In this document: one piece after another, positions 31,984-41,974 of the stretch
Layout of the letters: each line of letters starts with the position of its first letter
Numbering within the stretch: position 1 is the stretch's first letter
Assembly: GCA_963732445.1 (NCBI GenBank)
Contig: CAVSZJ010000008.1
Coordinates: forward strand, 192,746-256,745
DNA: 64,000 nt
Direction of reading: 5' to 3'
DNA from: Vicinamibacterales bacterium
Lineage (GTDB): Bacteria; Acidobacteriota; Vicinamibacteria; Vicinamibacterales; JAMQPK01
Made by a program: the position numbers and the translations under genes
Notes under the pieces: generated by a model
Databases searched by the model: none
Seen by the model: only the letters and a program-made list of their open reading frames with translations
Told to the model about the DNA's origin: nothing

Positions 31984-34900
31984 ATGCGAAGACTGGCATT
32001 GGGATTCTACGTAGCAGCCCTGCTGTGCGCATCCGCGCCGGCACTCGCACAACAAGGCACAACGGAGCTCGGAGGAAGAGTCGTGGACGCTCAGGGGGGT
32101 GTGCTCCCGGGTGTGAATGTCGTCATCACAAACGAGGATACGGGTGCGACGCGAGAGCTGGTCACCGGCTCGGAGGGCAGCTACTTCGCCTCGCAGCTCG
32201 TACCCGGCCGCTACCGCATCACCGCAAAGCTCGAAGGCTTCAAGGCACTGGACCGGCGCGGGATCACGCTCACCGTCGGACAGACAACCACGCTGGATCT
32301 GCCGTTGGAAGTGGGCGGCATGGCCGAGACGTTGACTGTCACTGGCGAAGCGGCGCTGGTCGACATCACCTCAGCCGAGATCGGCGGGCACATCTCGTCG
32401 CAGGAGCTGAACGAGCTGCCGTCAGCGAATCGCAACTACATGGCGTTCATCGGCAACGCCCCCGGCACTGTGTTCGTTGCCAGCAGCGAGTTCCTGAACG
32501 ACAGCTTCCAGGCCAACGGCCAGCCGACCGCCGCCAACAACATCGTCTTCGACGGCGCCAACAACACCGACGACCAGCGCGGATCGAACGTCGGAGGGCA
32601 AACGCGCGCGGCCAACGAATCGATCGCAGAAGTGCAGATTCTGACGAATCAGTTCGACGCGGAGTGGGGACGCGCATCCGGGGCGGTCATCAACGCCGTG
32701 ACGAAATCCGGGACCAACAACTTCTCGGGGTCGGCTTTCAATTTCTACACGAGCAAAGCCATGACCAACGAGGACTTCTTCACAAAGGTGCAGGGGCTCG
32801 AGAAGCCGGACGTGGGCAAGAAAGAATGGGGCGGCACGATCGGTGGACCGATCGTCCAGAACAAGCTTCACTTCTTCTTCAGCCTCGAACGGATCGCGCA
32901 GAGCCGGAACTTCACGAAGAGCTTCAGCGCGCGTCCCGAGTACAGCACGTCGGTTGGCAGCGAAGAGTCGGCGTGGAACTACCTGTGGCGGATTGATCAC
33001 CAAATCAATTCGAAGCACTCCTGGGCATTCCGCTGGCTGCAGGAACGGGCGCCCCAGTTCTTCCGGCTCGAGGCCGAGCAGGAAACGATCGAAAGCTACA
33101 ACGACGAGACCGACTTCGATCGGACGATGGTGGGCACCCTCACCTCGGTTGTGTCCGACACCAAGGTCAACACCGTGCGCGTCGGCTTCGTGTTCGAGGA
33201 CACTGTTCATGCGAACCCGGCGTGGCGCGCCCTCGATCCGGAATTTGCCCGGTGCGTGCCGTGCCCAGACGGAGCGGGCATCCGTCTCATGGAAGCGGCG
33301 CCGCGCCTCGATTACGACACGCTCGACATCCAGGCGGCCACCACGATGGACTACTCGTCCATTCAGCGCGGGTATTCGTTCGACAACACCTTCTCGTGGT
33401 TCATCCCGGAGAAAATGGGACGCCACGATCTGAAGTTTGGCGCGCGGTACTCATTGACGACCAATCACAACCCGATCTGGAGCGACATGAACGGCAGCTA
33501 CCAGTTCCGGGGACAGGGTGACATCAAGTTCGATCCCGCCAATCCGCGGTCGTACCCGGAGCGGCTCGCCATCCGCGTGCTCGGACCTTCCGAGTACAAG
33601 ATGAAGATGCACATCGGGGAGTTCTTCGCGCAGGACAAATGGCAGGTAAAGCCGGGCCTCACGGTGAGCGCGGGCGTGCGCTACGACATCGAAGTCTTCC
33701 CCTACGAGCAGGACCCCGGGAATCCGTTGTTCCAAGGCCGCTCCCGGCCATATGCGATGGACGGCAACAACATCGCTCCACGTCTGGGTCTCGTCTGGAA
33801 TCCTGACGGCCAAAGCAAGTCGGTGGTGCGAATCGGCTACGGACTGTTTTACGACCGGACCCTGCTGGGCACCGTCGACAACTTCCTCACGGACCTCAAG
33901 TACGCCGAGTCGTTCGTGGCGAACTTCCCGCAGGCGGGCGCAGATACCGGCCCCCGCAACGGACGATTCCCCACCGATCCCACGTTGAACTCGGGCGACG
34001 TCAGCCGCCTGACTCCGGAGGTACGGGCGTACATCAACTCCGTCTATCCGCCTGGAACGACTGTGAGGAATTCCGCCACGGTCACGTGGGACGATCCGAA
34101 GCGGGCGCAACCGTATTTCCATCAATTCAGCACGGGATACGAGCGCGAGGTGTTTACCGGGGTCTCGGCATCTGTCGATTACATCCGCATGTCCGGCCAT
34201 GACATGTTCTTCAATCCTAACCTGAACATCCCAACCGGCCTCGACACGGTGCGAGACGGTCCGAATCGCGTGTTCCTCGATCCGTACGGCGTCCTGAACC
34301 CGAGCCTGTCTCCAGGAGAAGCGGCGTACAACAACACCGTTCGGCTGCTCACGACGGAATATGGCTTCAACACCTACGACGCGCTCAATGTGTCCGTCGA
34401 AAAGCGGTATCCAACAATTTCAGCCTCCGCGGCGCATATTCCTACAGCCTGTCGCGCGGCGTCGCCGCCGGTCAGGGCGACACGCCTCAACTGCAGGTTG
34501 GAACCGACCTCAAGCTGGACGAGTACGACGCGGCGTCGGGCACCAGCCGGGCACACAACGGCAACATCAGCGGCCGCCTCGAGATTCCCAAAACACGCGG
34601 GCTGACGTTGAGCGGGACAATTCGCATGATGACCGGCGAGCGCATCACCATCCAGGACGACTCGCAGGATCTCGACATGAACCGTATCAACTTCCAGCCG
34701 TTGCCGGCAGGCACTTACAATCCCGCCCCCCAGGCTGGCGAGTACGTGATGCGCGACGTCGAGAACACAGGTGGTCGCAACGGCGCGGTTGGTCCTGGGT
34801 TCATGCAGTTCGACATGCGCCTTGGCTACCGGGCGCGACTGGGCGGACGGCGGACGCTGGACATCTTTTACGAGACCTTCAACGTGACCGATCGCGCGAA

Positions 34901-35018
34901 CTTCACGAATCCGAGCGGAAACCGCCGGGTCGTCGCGGACTTCCTGCGGTTAACCGGCCTTGCTGGCGGGACGGGCTTCCCGCGGCAGGGACAGATCGGA
35001 CTGCGATTGGGTTTCTAG
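31984..35018 (+). CDS. TonB-dependent receptor-like outer-membrane protein with N-terminal carboxypeptidase-regulatory-like domain; one frame break near 34411
   Basis: Signal MRRLALGFYVAALLCASAPALA; GRVVDAQGGVLPGVNVVITNEDTG..GRYRITAKLEGF; C-terminal barrel ending GQIGLRLGF. Confidence 0.85.
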
Positions 35019-35020
35019 AT

Positions 35021-35112
35021 AGGTCGCGTGGGGGTCGTGGGTCGCGTGGGGAAGCCCCCACGCCCCTACGATCCCTACGATCCCTACGATCCCCACGATC
35101 CCTACGATCCTC
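35021..35112. repeat. inverted simple-repeat hairpin: GTCG(C/T)GTGGGG-type units, then 5 x CCC(T/C)ACGAT
   Basis: Centre CGCGTGGGG-aagc-CCCCACGC is perfectly complementary. Outer arms pair imperfectly (G-U allowed). Ends 23 nt before the VWFA start codon. Confidence 0.85.
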
Positions 35113-35134
35113 AGGGTTTACAATCGGAAATCCC

Positions 35135-37309
35135 ATGAAGGCCGTCCGCATTGCTCCGCTCCTGGCAGCCACCGCGCTGCTCGGCGTGTCTGGATCTGCA
35201 CAGACACCCCAGACTCCCCCGTCAGTCACCTTTCAAGTCGAGGTGAACTACGTCGACGTCGACGCGATTGTCACCGATGAGAATGGCAACTTCGTCACCG
35301 GCCTCACACGCGAGGACTTCGAAGTCTTCGAGGACGGAAAGCCTCAGAAGGTCGAAATGTTCTCCTACGTCGAGCTGCCGGTCGAGCGGCCGGATCGATT
35401 CGCCGTGCTCGGTCGTCCCGTCAACACAGATATGCGTTCGAATACGAGGCCGTTCGACGGGCGCGTCTACGTGCTGGTGTTGGACGACGTCGACATCAGT
35501 CCGCTCCGCACCTCAATCGTCAAGAAGTCGGCGCGCGAGTTCATCGAGCGGCATTTTGGCGCCAACGATCTCGCCGCGGTCGTCTATACAAGCGGCCGCA
35601 CCGATGCCACGCAGGACTTCACGAACGACCGCGATCTGCTGATCGCCGCGGTTGACAAGTTCGTCGGGCGCCGGCTTCAGTCGGCGGCCATCGAAGCCCT
35701 CGAGCAGCACTACTACCGGGAATTTACGCGGCTCGATCGGCAGGACAACGACGTCGAAACCGGGGCCGACATCAAGGACACGGGGTCGCCCATCAGCGTG
35801 CTGGATCTCGAGCGCGAGCAGCGTGCGCTGGCGGTGCTCGACACGCTCCGCAACCTCGGCGAGTTCCTCGCTGGCGTCCGGGGCCGGCGAAAGGCGGTGC
35901 TGCTATTCAGCGAGGGGCTGGAATTGCCGATGAGCGAGCTCTACAGCATGCACACGCCGACCGACGTCGGCGGGGCCATTCGAGACGCGATTACCGCAGC
36001 GGCGCGATCGAACGTCAACTTCTTCGCCCTCGATCCACGAGGGCTCATCGGCCTGACGACCGAGTTCATCGAGCTCGCGGGATCGGGTGCGCCCAACGTG
36101 GCGACAGGCGTGTTCGGATCGCGGAATGCGCAGCAGGGGCTTCTGAACGACATCAGGCTGTCGCAGGACAGCCTGCGCACGCTATCGGAGGAAACGGGCG
36201 GTTTTGCCGCAGTCAATCAGAACGACCTCGGCGCGGCCTTCGGCCGCATCGTCGATGCGAACAGCCGCTACTATGTGCTCGGCTACTATCCTCCTTCGAC
36301 GGCACGCGACGGCCGGTTCCATCGGATCGAGGTTCGCGTGAAACGGCCGGGGCTGCGGGTGTCAGCGCGCCGCGGGTATGCATCGCCGCGCGGCCGGACA
36401 TCTGCTGAACGAAAACGGGACGAAGAGACGCGGCGCGCGCGCGAAGCGCGGCGCGGAGCCGTCAACAACACGTCGCCGGACCTGCGAGATGCGCTCAACG
36501 CCCCTCTGCAGCAAAGCGGCCTCACCTTCACCGTTCAGGCGGCGCCGTTCAAGCACACGCAGAAGGAGGCATCGGTTGCGCTTGTCATTGAGTTCGACGG
36601 CGAGTCCCTGCCATTCATGAAGCCCGACAACGGCGGTCTGATGACGAACGCCATCGAGCTGTCGTTCTTCGGCATCAATCAGGACGGCAAGGCGCAGCGA
36701 TCGACGCGGTCGCAGTTCAACCTCACGCTCCGTCCCGATTCCTTCACACGCGTCAAAACCGGCGGGCTCAGGGTCACTCCGCGGCTGACGCTCGAGCCAG
36801 GCCGCTATCAGATTCGCATCGGCGCCCGTGAGAACGTCGGCAGCCGCGTGGGGACCGTATTTTATGATCTGCTGGTGCCGGACTTCCGGAAAGAGCCGCT
36901 CATGCTGAGTGGCGTGCTCATCACGGCCACGTCGGCGCAGGCGGCCATGACGGCGATGGCAGACCCGAACGCGCCGCAACTCCTGCCGGGACCGGCGGTA
37001 AGCCGCCGGATTTTCGGGAGAGACGACAGGCTGACAGTTTTTGCCGAGATCTACGACAATACCTCTAACAAGCAGCCACGCCGTATTGAAACCGCCGTGA
37101 CGCTGATTTCCGAGCGCGGACAGGAAGTGTTCGGCGCCCGCGACACAGTCCCGAATCCGGGCGATACTGGGCAGTGGACCGCGCACGCGCTGGTCAGGGA
37201 TATTCCATTGGCGGGCGCGGCGCCGGGCCGGTATTTGTTGAGGGTCGAAGCAAAGGCGCTCGGCAATTCGAACACCGTCGCCCGTGAAATTTTGATCACG
37301 ATTCGATAG
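35135..37309 (+). CDS. VWFA-related Acidobacterial domain protein (secreted)
   Basis: Signal MKAVRIAPLLAATALLGVSGSAQ; hallmark SVTFQVEVNYVDVDAIVTDENGNFVTGLTREDFEVFEDGKPQKV; VWA-like core; KR/E-rich linker; about 270-aa C-domain. Uninterrupted. Confidence 0.85.
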   Translation: MKAVRIAPLLAATALLGVSGSAQTPQTPPSVTFQVEVNYVDVDAIVTDENGNFVTGLTREDFEVFEDGKPQKVEMFSYVELPVERPDRFAVLGRPVNTDMRSNTRPFDGRVYVLVLDDVDISPLRTSIVKKSAREFIERHFGANDLAAVVYTSGRTDATQDFTNDRDLLIAAVDKFVGRRLQSAAIEALEQHYYREFTRLDRQDNDVETGADIKDTGSPISVLDLEREQRALAVLDTLRNLGEFLAGVRGRRKAVLLFSEGLELPMSELYSMHTPTDVGGAIRDAITAAARSNVNFFALDPRGLIGLTTEFIELAGSGAPNVATGVFGSRNAQQGLLNDIRLSQDSLRTLSEETGGFAAVNQNDLGAAFGRIVDANSRYYVLGYYPPSTARDGRFHRIEVRVKRPGLRVSARRGYASPRGRTSAERKRDEETRRAREARRGAVNNTSPDLRDALNAPLQQSGLTFTVQAAPFKHTQKEASVALVIEFDGESLPFMKPDNGGLMTNAIELSFFGINQDGKAQRSTRSQFNLTLRPDSFTRVKTGGLRVTPRLTLEPGRYQIRIGARENVGSRVGTVFYDLLVPDFRKEPLMLSGVLITATSAQAAMTAMADPNAPQLLPGPAVSRRIFGRDDRLTVFAEIYDNTSNKQPRRIETAVTLISERGQEVFGARDTVPNPGDTGQWTAHALVRDIPLAGAAPGRYLLRVEAKALGNSNTVAREILITIR

Positions 37310-37316
37310 GCAGGAC

Positions 37317-39530
37317 ATGCAACGACAACTCATAACGGCCATCATCGGTGCGGCCGTGCTTCAATCGCCGACTTCCATCACGGCACAGGCACCCCAGGCC
37401 CCGCCATCGGTGACATTTCAGGTCGAAGTCAACTACGTCGACGTCGATGTCGTCGTCACCGACGAGAAGGGCAATTTCGTCTCGGGCCTCGCGCGAGAGG
37501 ATTTCGAAGTGCTCGAAGACGGCAAGCCGCAGAAAGTCGACACGTTCGCTTATGTCGAAATTCCGGTTGACCGGGACAGCACATTCACGCTCGCCGATCG
37601 GAAAATCTCGAGCGATTCCCAGACGAACCGCGTGCCGTTCTCCGGACGCCTGTACGTCATCGTCCTCGACGACCAGGACGTCAGCTCCATGCGGACGGTG
37701 CAGGTGAAAAAATCGGCCAAGGAGTTCGTCGAGAAGTACATGGGAGCGAACGATATCGCCGCGGTGGTACATACCAGCGGCAGGACCAATGCCGCCCAGG
37801 AATTCACGAGCAACAAGGCGCTGCTGAACGCCGCGATCGACAAGTTCATGGGTCGCCGCATGCGATCGCTCACCATCGAGCGGCTCGATGCTTACTATCA
37901 GCAACAGGTTCAGAGTGACCAGGGTCCGGAAGCAGAGCCGACGCCGTCGGGCGGTCCTGCCGCATACAACAGGGTCGACCCGACGGATTTCGAGCGGGGG
38001 CACCGCGCGGTCGGTGTCCTCGACACTCTCAGGCTTACGGCGGAGTTCCTCACGTCGGTGCGGGGGCGTCGCAAGGCGGTTCTCTTTTTTAGCGAAGGCA
38101 TCGACTACCCCGTCATCAATGTGTTTAGCGGCCACAGCACCTCCGACGTCATCCGCGCCACGCAGGATGCCATCTCGATGGCGGCGCGCGCGAACGTGAA
38201 CTTCTACACCATCGACCCGCGCGGACTCGTCGGCATGACCAACGAGTTCATGGAGATGGCGGGCGGTGGCTCGCCCGCATTGGCCGGCGGGAACCCGGCG
38301 ATTACAGGCATCACAGGTGGAGTGTTCAACGCGCAAACCGACCTCATGACCGAGCTGATGTTGTCGCAGGGCAGCCTTCGCGAACTGGCCGAGCAGACCG
38401 GCGGGATTGCCGCCGTGAACACCAACTCGCTGACCGACGCCTTCAACCGCATCGTGGAGGCGAACAGCCGTTACTACGTGCTCGGCTATTACCCGCCGAC
38501 CCACCCGCGCGACGGCCGCTTTCACAAGATCGAAGTACGCACAAAGCGCCCGGGCCTGCGCGTCATGGCGCGCAAGGGATACGGATCGCCACGTGGCCGG
38601 ACCGCGGAAGAACGGAAGCGCGACGACGAGGCACGTCGCGCACGGGAGCAGCGGCGCCCGAATGCGGACACGACATCGGCCGCGCTGCGTGAGATCCTCA
38701 CCAGCCCGCTGCAGCAAAGCGGGCTGAACTTCACTGTTCAGGCGGCACCCTTCAAGAACACGCAGAAGGAAGCATCCGTCGCGGTGGCGATCGAGATCGA
38801 CGGGGACCGTCTACAGTATTCGGCGCCCGACGCGAAGGGTATTGGCGCGAACAAGATCGAACTGTCGCTCTACGGCGTGAACGATCTCGGCAAAGCGATG
38901 GGTGGCACGCGCCTGGCGCTCGATCTCACGCTTCGGCCCGAGACGCGAGAGCGGGTCAAGACGTTCGGCGTGCGCGTGAACCCGCGCATCACCCTTGCGC
39001 CGGGACGCTACCACCTGCGGATTGGCGCGCGCGAGGACGTCGGCGGGCTGACGGGCTCGGTGTTCTACGACCTCGAGGTCCCCGATTTCCGCAAGGAGAA
39101 GCTGATGCTGGGCGGGCTTCTGCTCGCAGCGGCTTCAGGAAAGGAGACGCCGAGCATCCAGCCCGATCCGGTCGTCGCAAAGGTGCTGCCCGCTGCCGCG
39201 ACGAGCCGGCGCGAGTTCCCGCGCAGCGATCTCCTCGCGCTCTACACCGAGATTTACGACAACATCGAATCGCCGCAGGCACGCCGCGTGGATGTCGCCG
39301 TGCGGCTGCTCGCGGAGAATGGAACCGAAGTGTTCGCCACCCGCGACGAGCTGGTGAATGGTGGGGCACCGCCCGAGAAGCCGTGGGTCATCTACGGCTA
39401 CACCTCACAGATCGCACTCAAGGAGTTCCCCCCCGGCCGTTACGTGCTCCGTGTCGAAGCGCAAGTGCGCGGCAACGTCGGCGACGCAAAACCAACCTTT
39501 CGGGAGACGTTGATCACGATCGTTCCGTAA
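37317..39530 (+). CDS. VWFA-related Acidobacterial domain protein, tandem paralogue
   Basis: Same architecture as the upstream gene and roughly 60-65% identical over the aligned N-terminal 160 aa by eye. Starts 7 nt after the upstream stop. Confidence 0.85.
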   Translation: MQRQLITAIIGAAVLQSPTSITAQAPQAPPSVTFQVEVNYVDVDVVVTDEKGNFVSGLAREDFEVLEDGKPQKVDTFAYVEIPVDRDSTFTLADRKISSDSQTNRVPFSGRLYVIVLDDQDVSSMRTVQVKKSAKEFVEKYMGANDIAAVVHTSGRTNAAQEFTSNKALLNAAIDKFMGRRMRSLTIERLDAYYQQQVQSDQGPEAEPTPSGGPAAYNRVDPTDFERGHRAVGVLDTLRLTAEFLTSVRGRRKAVLFFSEGIDYPVINVFSGHSTSDVIRATQDAISMAARANVNFYTIDPRGLVGMTNEFMEMAGGGSPALAGGNPAITGITGGVFNAQTDLMTELMLSQGSLRELAEQTGGIAAVNTNSLTDAFNRIVEANSRYYVLGYYPPTHPRDGRFHKIEVRTKRPGLRVMARKGYGSPRGRTAEERKRDDEARRAREQRRPNADTTSAALREILTSPLQQSGLNFTVQAAPFKNTQKEASVAVAIEIDGDRLQYSAPDAKGIGANKIELSLYGVNDLGKAMGGTRLALDLTLRPETRERVKTFGVRVNPRITLAPGRYHLRIGAREDVGGLTGSVFYDLEVPDFRKEKLMLGGLLLAAASGKETPSIQPDPVVAKVLPAAATSRREFPRSDLLALYTEIYDNIESPQARRVDVAVRLLAENGTEVFATRDELVNGGAPPEKPWVIYGYTSQIALKEFPPGRYVLRVEAQVRGNVGDAKPTFRETLITIVP

Positions 39531-39553
39531 ATCCGCTACTCGAGGAGGTCCGC

Positions 39554-40663
39554 ATGCGAAGGTGGGTTGTCCTGCTCGCAGCGCTCGCGCTCATCCCGTC
39601 ATCTGCCCTGATGCAGGAAAAAGGGGGCGAAGACGAATTCGGTCCGTATGAGGTCGTGGAAAACTGGCCGCAGCCGATCCCGGGCACCGAGGGATACACG
39701 TGGGGATCGACTGGCGGCGTGTTCGCGGAAACGCCCGATCGCATCTGGATCGGCCAGCGCGGCATGCTTGCCCTACCCGCGGGAGCGAAGTTTGGAGTGC
39801 CGCTCCAGGGCCAGGCCACCGCTGCGACCAACCGGAAGTGGATGCACTCCATTTTCGTCGTCGATCGCAACGGCAGGCACGTGCAGTCGTGGACGCAGCA
39901 CGACAAGATCTTCGAGCAGAAAGGCGCGCGCGGGCCGCACAAGATCAAGATGAACCCGTACGATCCGCAAAAGCACGTATGGGTGTTCGACGACGATCTG
40001 CATCAGCTCTTCAAGTTCAGCTACGACGGCAAGCTCGTGCAGACGTGGGGCGAGGCCGGGGTTCGGGGGGAGGACGCCAGCCACTTCGGCCGGCCGACCG
40101 ACATCGACTGGCTTCCCGACGGCACGTTCTTCGTCAGCGACGGCTACGTGAACACGCGCGTCGTCAAGTTCTCGCCCGAGGGCAAGTACCTGACGGCGTG
40201 GGGTACGTCGAGCACCGGCATCACCAATCCCGGGCCGAACCAGATGCACACCGTGCACAGCGTCGCGGTCGGCCGCGATCGCAAGGTCTACGTATCCGAT
40301 CGCACGAACAGCCGCATTCAGATCTTCGACGAGAATGGCAAGTTTCTCGACATGTGGACGAACATCCGGCGTCCGTATCACATCCAGATGTCTCGCGACC
40401 AGCACCTGTGGATCTCGGACGGCGAGACGCACAAGATGCTGAAGTACGACCTGACGGGCAAGTTTCTGTACGGCTGGGGCACGTTCGGTCCGCTGCCCGG
40501 CCGCCTCAATGGCGTGCACCAGTTCTCGGTGGATCAGGAGAACAATCTGTACGTGTCTGAGGTGTTCAACGGCCGCGCGCAGAAATTCCGACCGCGCAAG
40601 GGCGCCGATCCGGCGAAGCTGACAGGACAGGAGCTCAGGCACGGCGCTCTCTGGACTCGGTAG
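39554..40663 (+). CDS. NHL-repeat beta-propeller protein (secreted)
   Basis: GAGGAGG SD; signal MRRWVVLLAALALIPSSALM; repeated ..VVDRNGR.., ..FFVSDGYVNTRVVKFSPEGK.., ..VYVSDRTNSRIQIFDENGK.., ..LYVSEVFNGRAQKF. Confidence 0.8.
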   Translation: MRRWVVLLAALALIPSSALMQEKGGEDEFGPYEVVENWPQPIPGTEGYTWGSTGGVFAETPDRIWIGQRGMLALPAGAKFGVPLQGQATAATNRKWMHSIFVVDRNGRHVQSWTQHDKIFEQKGARGPHKIKMNPYDPQKHVWVFDDDLHQLFKFSYDGKLVQTWGEAGVRGEDASHFGRPTDIDWLPDGTFFVSDGYVNTRVVKFSPEGKYLTAWGTSSTGITNPGPNQMHTVHSVAVGRDRKVYVSDRTNSRIQIFDENGKFLDMWTNIRRPYHIQMSRDQHLWISDGETHKMLKYDLTGKFLYGWGTFGPLPGRLNGVHQFSVDQENNLYVSEVFNGRAQKFRPRKGADPAKLTGQELRHGALWTR

Positions 40664-40673
40664 CGCCGCGTAC

Positions 40674-40703
40674 ATTGGTAGATCGGAAGATTGGTTGATT
40701 GAG
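40674..40703. repeat. second copy of the ATTGGTAGAT..GGAAGATTGGTT motif
   Basis: ATTGGTAGATCGGAAGATTGGTTGATTGAG, 11 nt after the NHL gene stop codon. Confidence 0.75.
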
Positions 40704-41400
40704 AGAACAGGGTTCGGGGTTCTGGGTGCGATGCCCAGGACCTCGCATCGTTCGTGGGGGGCTTGCTGTCGTGGCGACCGCCGAAATCCCGCAAGTGGTG
40801 TTCGCCCTCGTCAGCCGGCAGCTCGTCTTCCAGTCAGGCTCAATTCTGATGCTCAGATTGACGACGGGGCCGGATGCCAGACTTACCACGATGGCGGGCG
40901 TTTCCTTTGATGTAGCAGACCTCGGTAAACGAAACATTCAATTCGAGGAAATCAGTATTCTTAACGGTCAAACGACTCCAGTAGGCGTTGCCGTAGCCGG
41001 ACGGTTTCTGGCGGTGCTGACGCAATTGAAAGTGACTCGAACGAGCGATGGTCGAGAATTCGAAATACCCGGAGTTTCTCTCCATGCCGACATCACTGCG
41101 GACGATCTCCGAAATAGCTGGGCCACTCTGACAATTGATGCTCCACAGCTTCTGATAATCAGAGTTGAAGATGCAGTCGGCCTGCCCGTCGCGAACGCGA
41201 CAGTATCCATCTGCAGCGGTGCGGTTGAGGGCTCATCAGAGCAAGTGACGACCGAGACAGGGGAAGTCGTGTGTCTCGGCATGACGGGTCGCTACCATGT
41301 CGCTGCGTTTCAACCCGAGCGTAGCGAACCATGTCGAACCGATTTCGAAATTGCCGCTGCTGATTCCGGCGAGCGCCGCGTGGTTCTGACGCTACCTTAG
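40699..41400 (+). CDS. hypothetical protein (orphan), C-terminal carboxypeptidase-regulatory-like beta-sandwich?; start uncertain (TTG 40699 or ATG 40849)
   Basis: Only long ORF in a locally lower-GC stretch. C-terminus LLIIRVEDAVGLPVANATVSI..TTETGEVVCLGMTGRYHVAAF. No signal peptide seen. Confidence 0.4.
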   Translation: MREQGSGFWVRCPGPRIVRGGLAVVATAEIPQVVFALVSRQLVFQSGSILMLRLTTGPDARLTTMAGVSFDVADLGKRNIQFEEISILNGQTTPVGVAVAGRFLAVLTQLKVTRTSDGREFEIPGVSLHADITADDLRNSWATLTIDAPQLLIIRVEDAVGLPVANATVSICSGAVEGSSEQVTTETGEVVCLGMTGRYHVAAFQPERSEPCRTDFEIAAADSGERRVVLTLP

Positions 41401-41915
41401 AAGAACGTAGCCGCTGAGGGGGGCCACCATCGTAACTGAACCTTGGCGATGATGTACTTCTTGGGGACGAAACCGAAGACTCGACTGTCCGAGCTGTTGC
41501 TGCGATTATCGCCAAGCACGAAGCAATAGCCTGCCGGAACGACTTCGGGGCCCCAGTCGTCGTAGCTCTGATGGTCTCCCGCCACATAGGGATCGGGAAT
41601 AATCTGGCCGTTTACGCTGACCTGACCTTTGACGATGCGCACCGAGTCGCCTTCCTGCGCAATCATCCGCTTGACGAACGATTTGTCGGGGTCGGCGGGA
41701 TAGCGCAGCATCACGATATCGCCCGGCCGCGGCTGACCAATGTGATACGCCAGCTTGTTCACCACCAGCCGATCCTGATCCTTGAGCGTCGGATCCATGC
41801 TCTGGCCATCGACTCTCGCGACCTGCATGACGAACGTGACGATCATCGTCGCGTACAGTGCGGACGACTCGAGAACTTTGAACCAGGCGACAAACTCATC
41901 TCGAATTCGTTTCAT
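41397..41915 (-). CDS. lepB: signal peptidase I
   Basis: VDGQSMDPTL (catalytic Ser box), GDIVMLRYP, FVKRMIA (Lys box), GYCFVLGDNRSNSSDSR. Confidence 0.85.
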   Translation of the reverse strand: MKRIRDEFVAWFKVLESSALYATMIVTFVMQVARVDGQSMDPTLKDQDRLVVNKLAYHIGQPRPGDIVMLRYPADPDKSFVKRMIAQEGDSVRIVKGQVSVNGQIIPDPYVAGDHQSYDDWGPEVVPAGYCFVLGDNRSNSSDSRVFGFVPKKYIIAKVQLRWWPPSAATFF

Positions 41916-41923
41916 CGTCTCTT

Positions 41924-41971
41924 CCCCACGCGACCCACGATCCCCACGACCCCCACAATCCCCACGCAACC
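41924..41971. repeat. CCCCACGA-type simple repeat
   Basis: CCCCACGCGACCCACGATCCCCACGACCCCCACAATCCCCACGCAACC between the PQQ-DH stop and the lepB start. Confidence 0.8.
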
Positions 41972-41974
41972 GGT

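Noticed and set aside
34361-35134. N-terminal 258 aa of the 982-aa ORF 34361..37309
   Set aside because: This part is out of frame with the TBDR 3' end it overlaps, is Arg/Pro-rich and reads through the 35.0-kb repeat. The real VWFA gene starts at ATG 35135 with a clear signal peptide.
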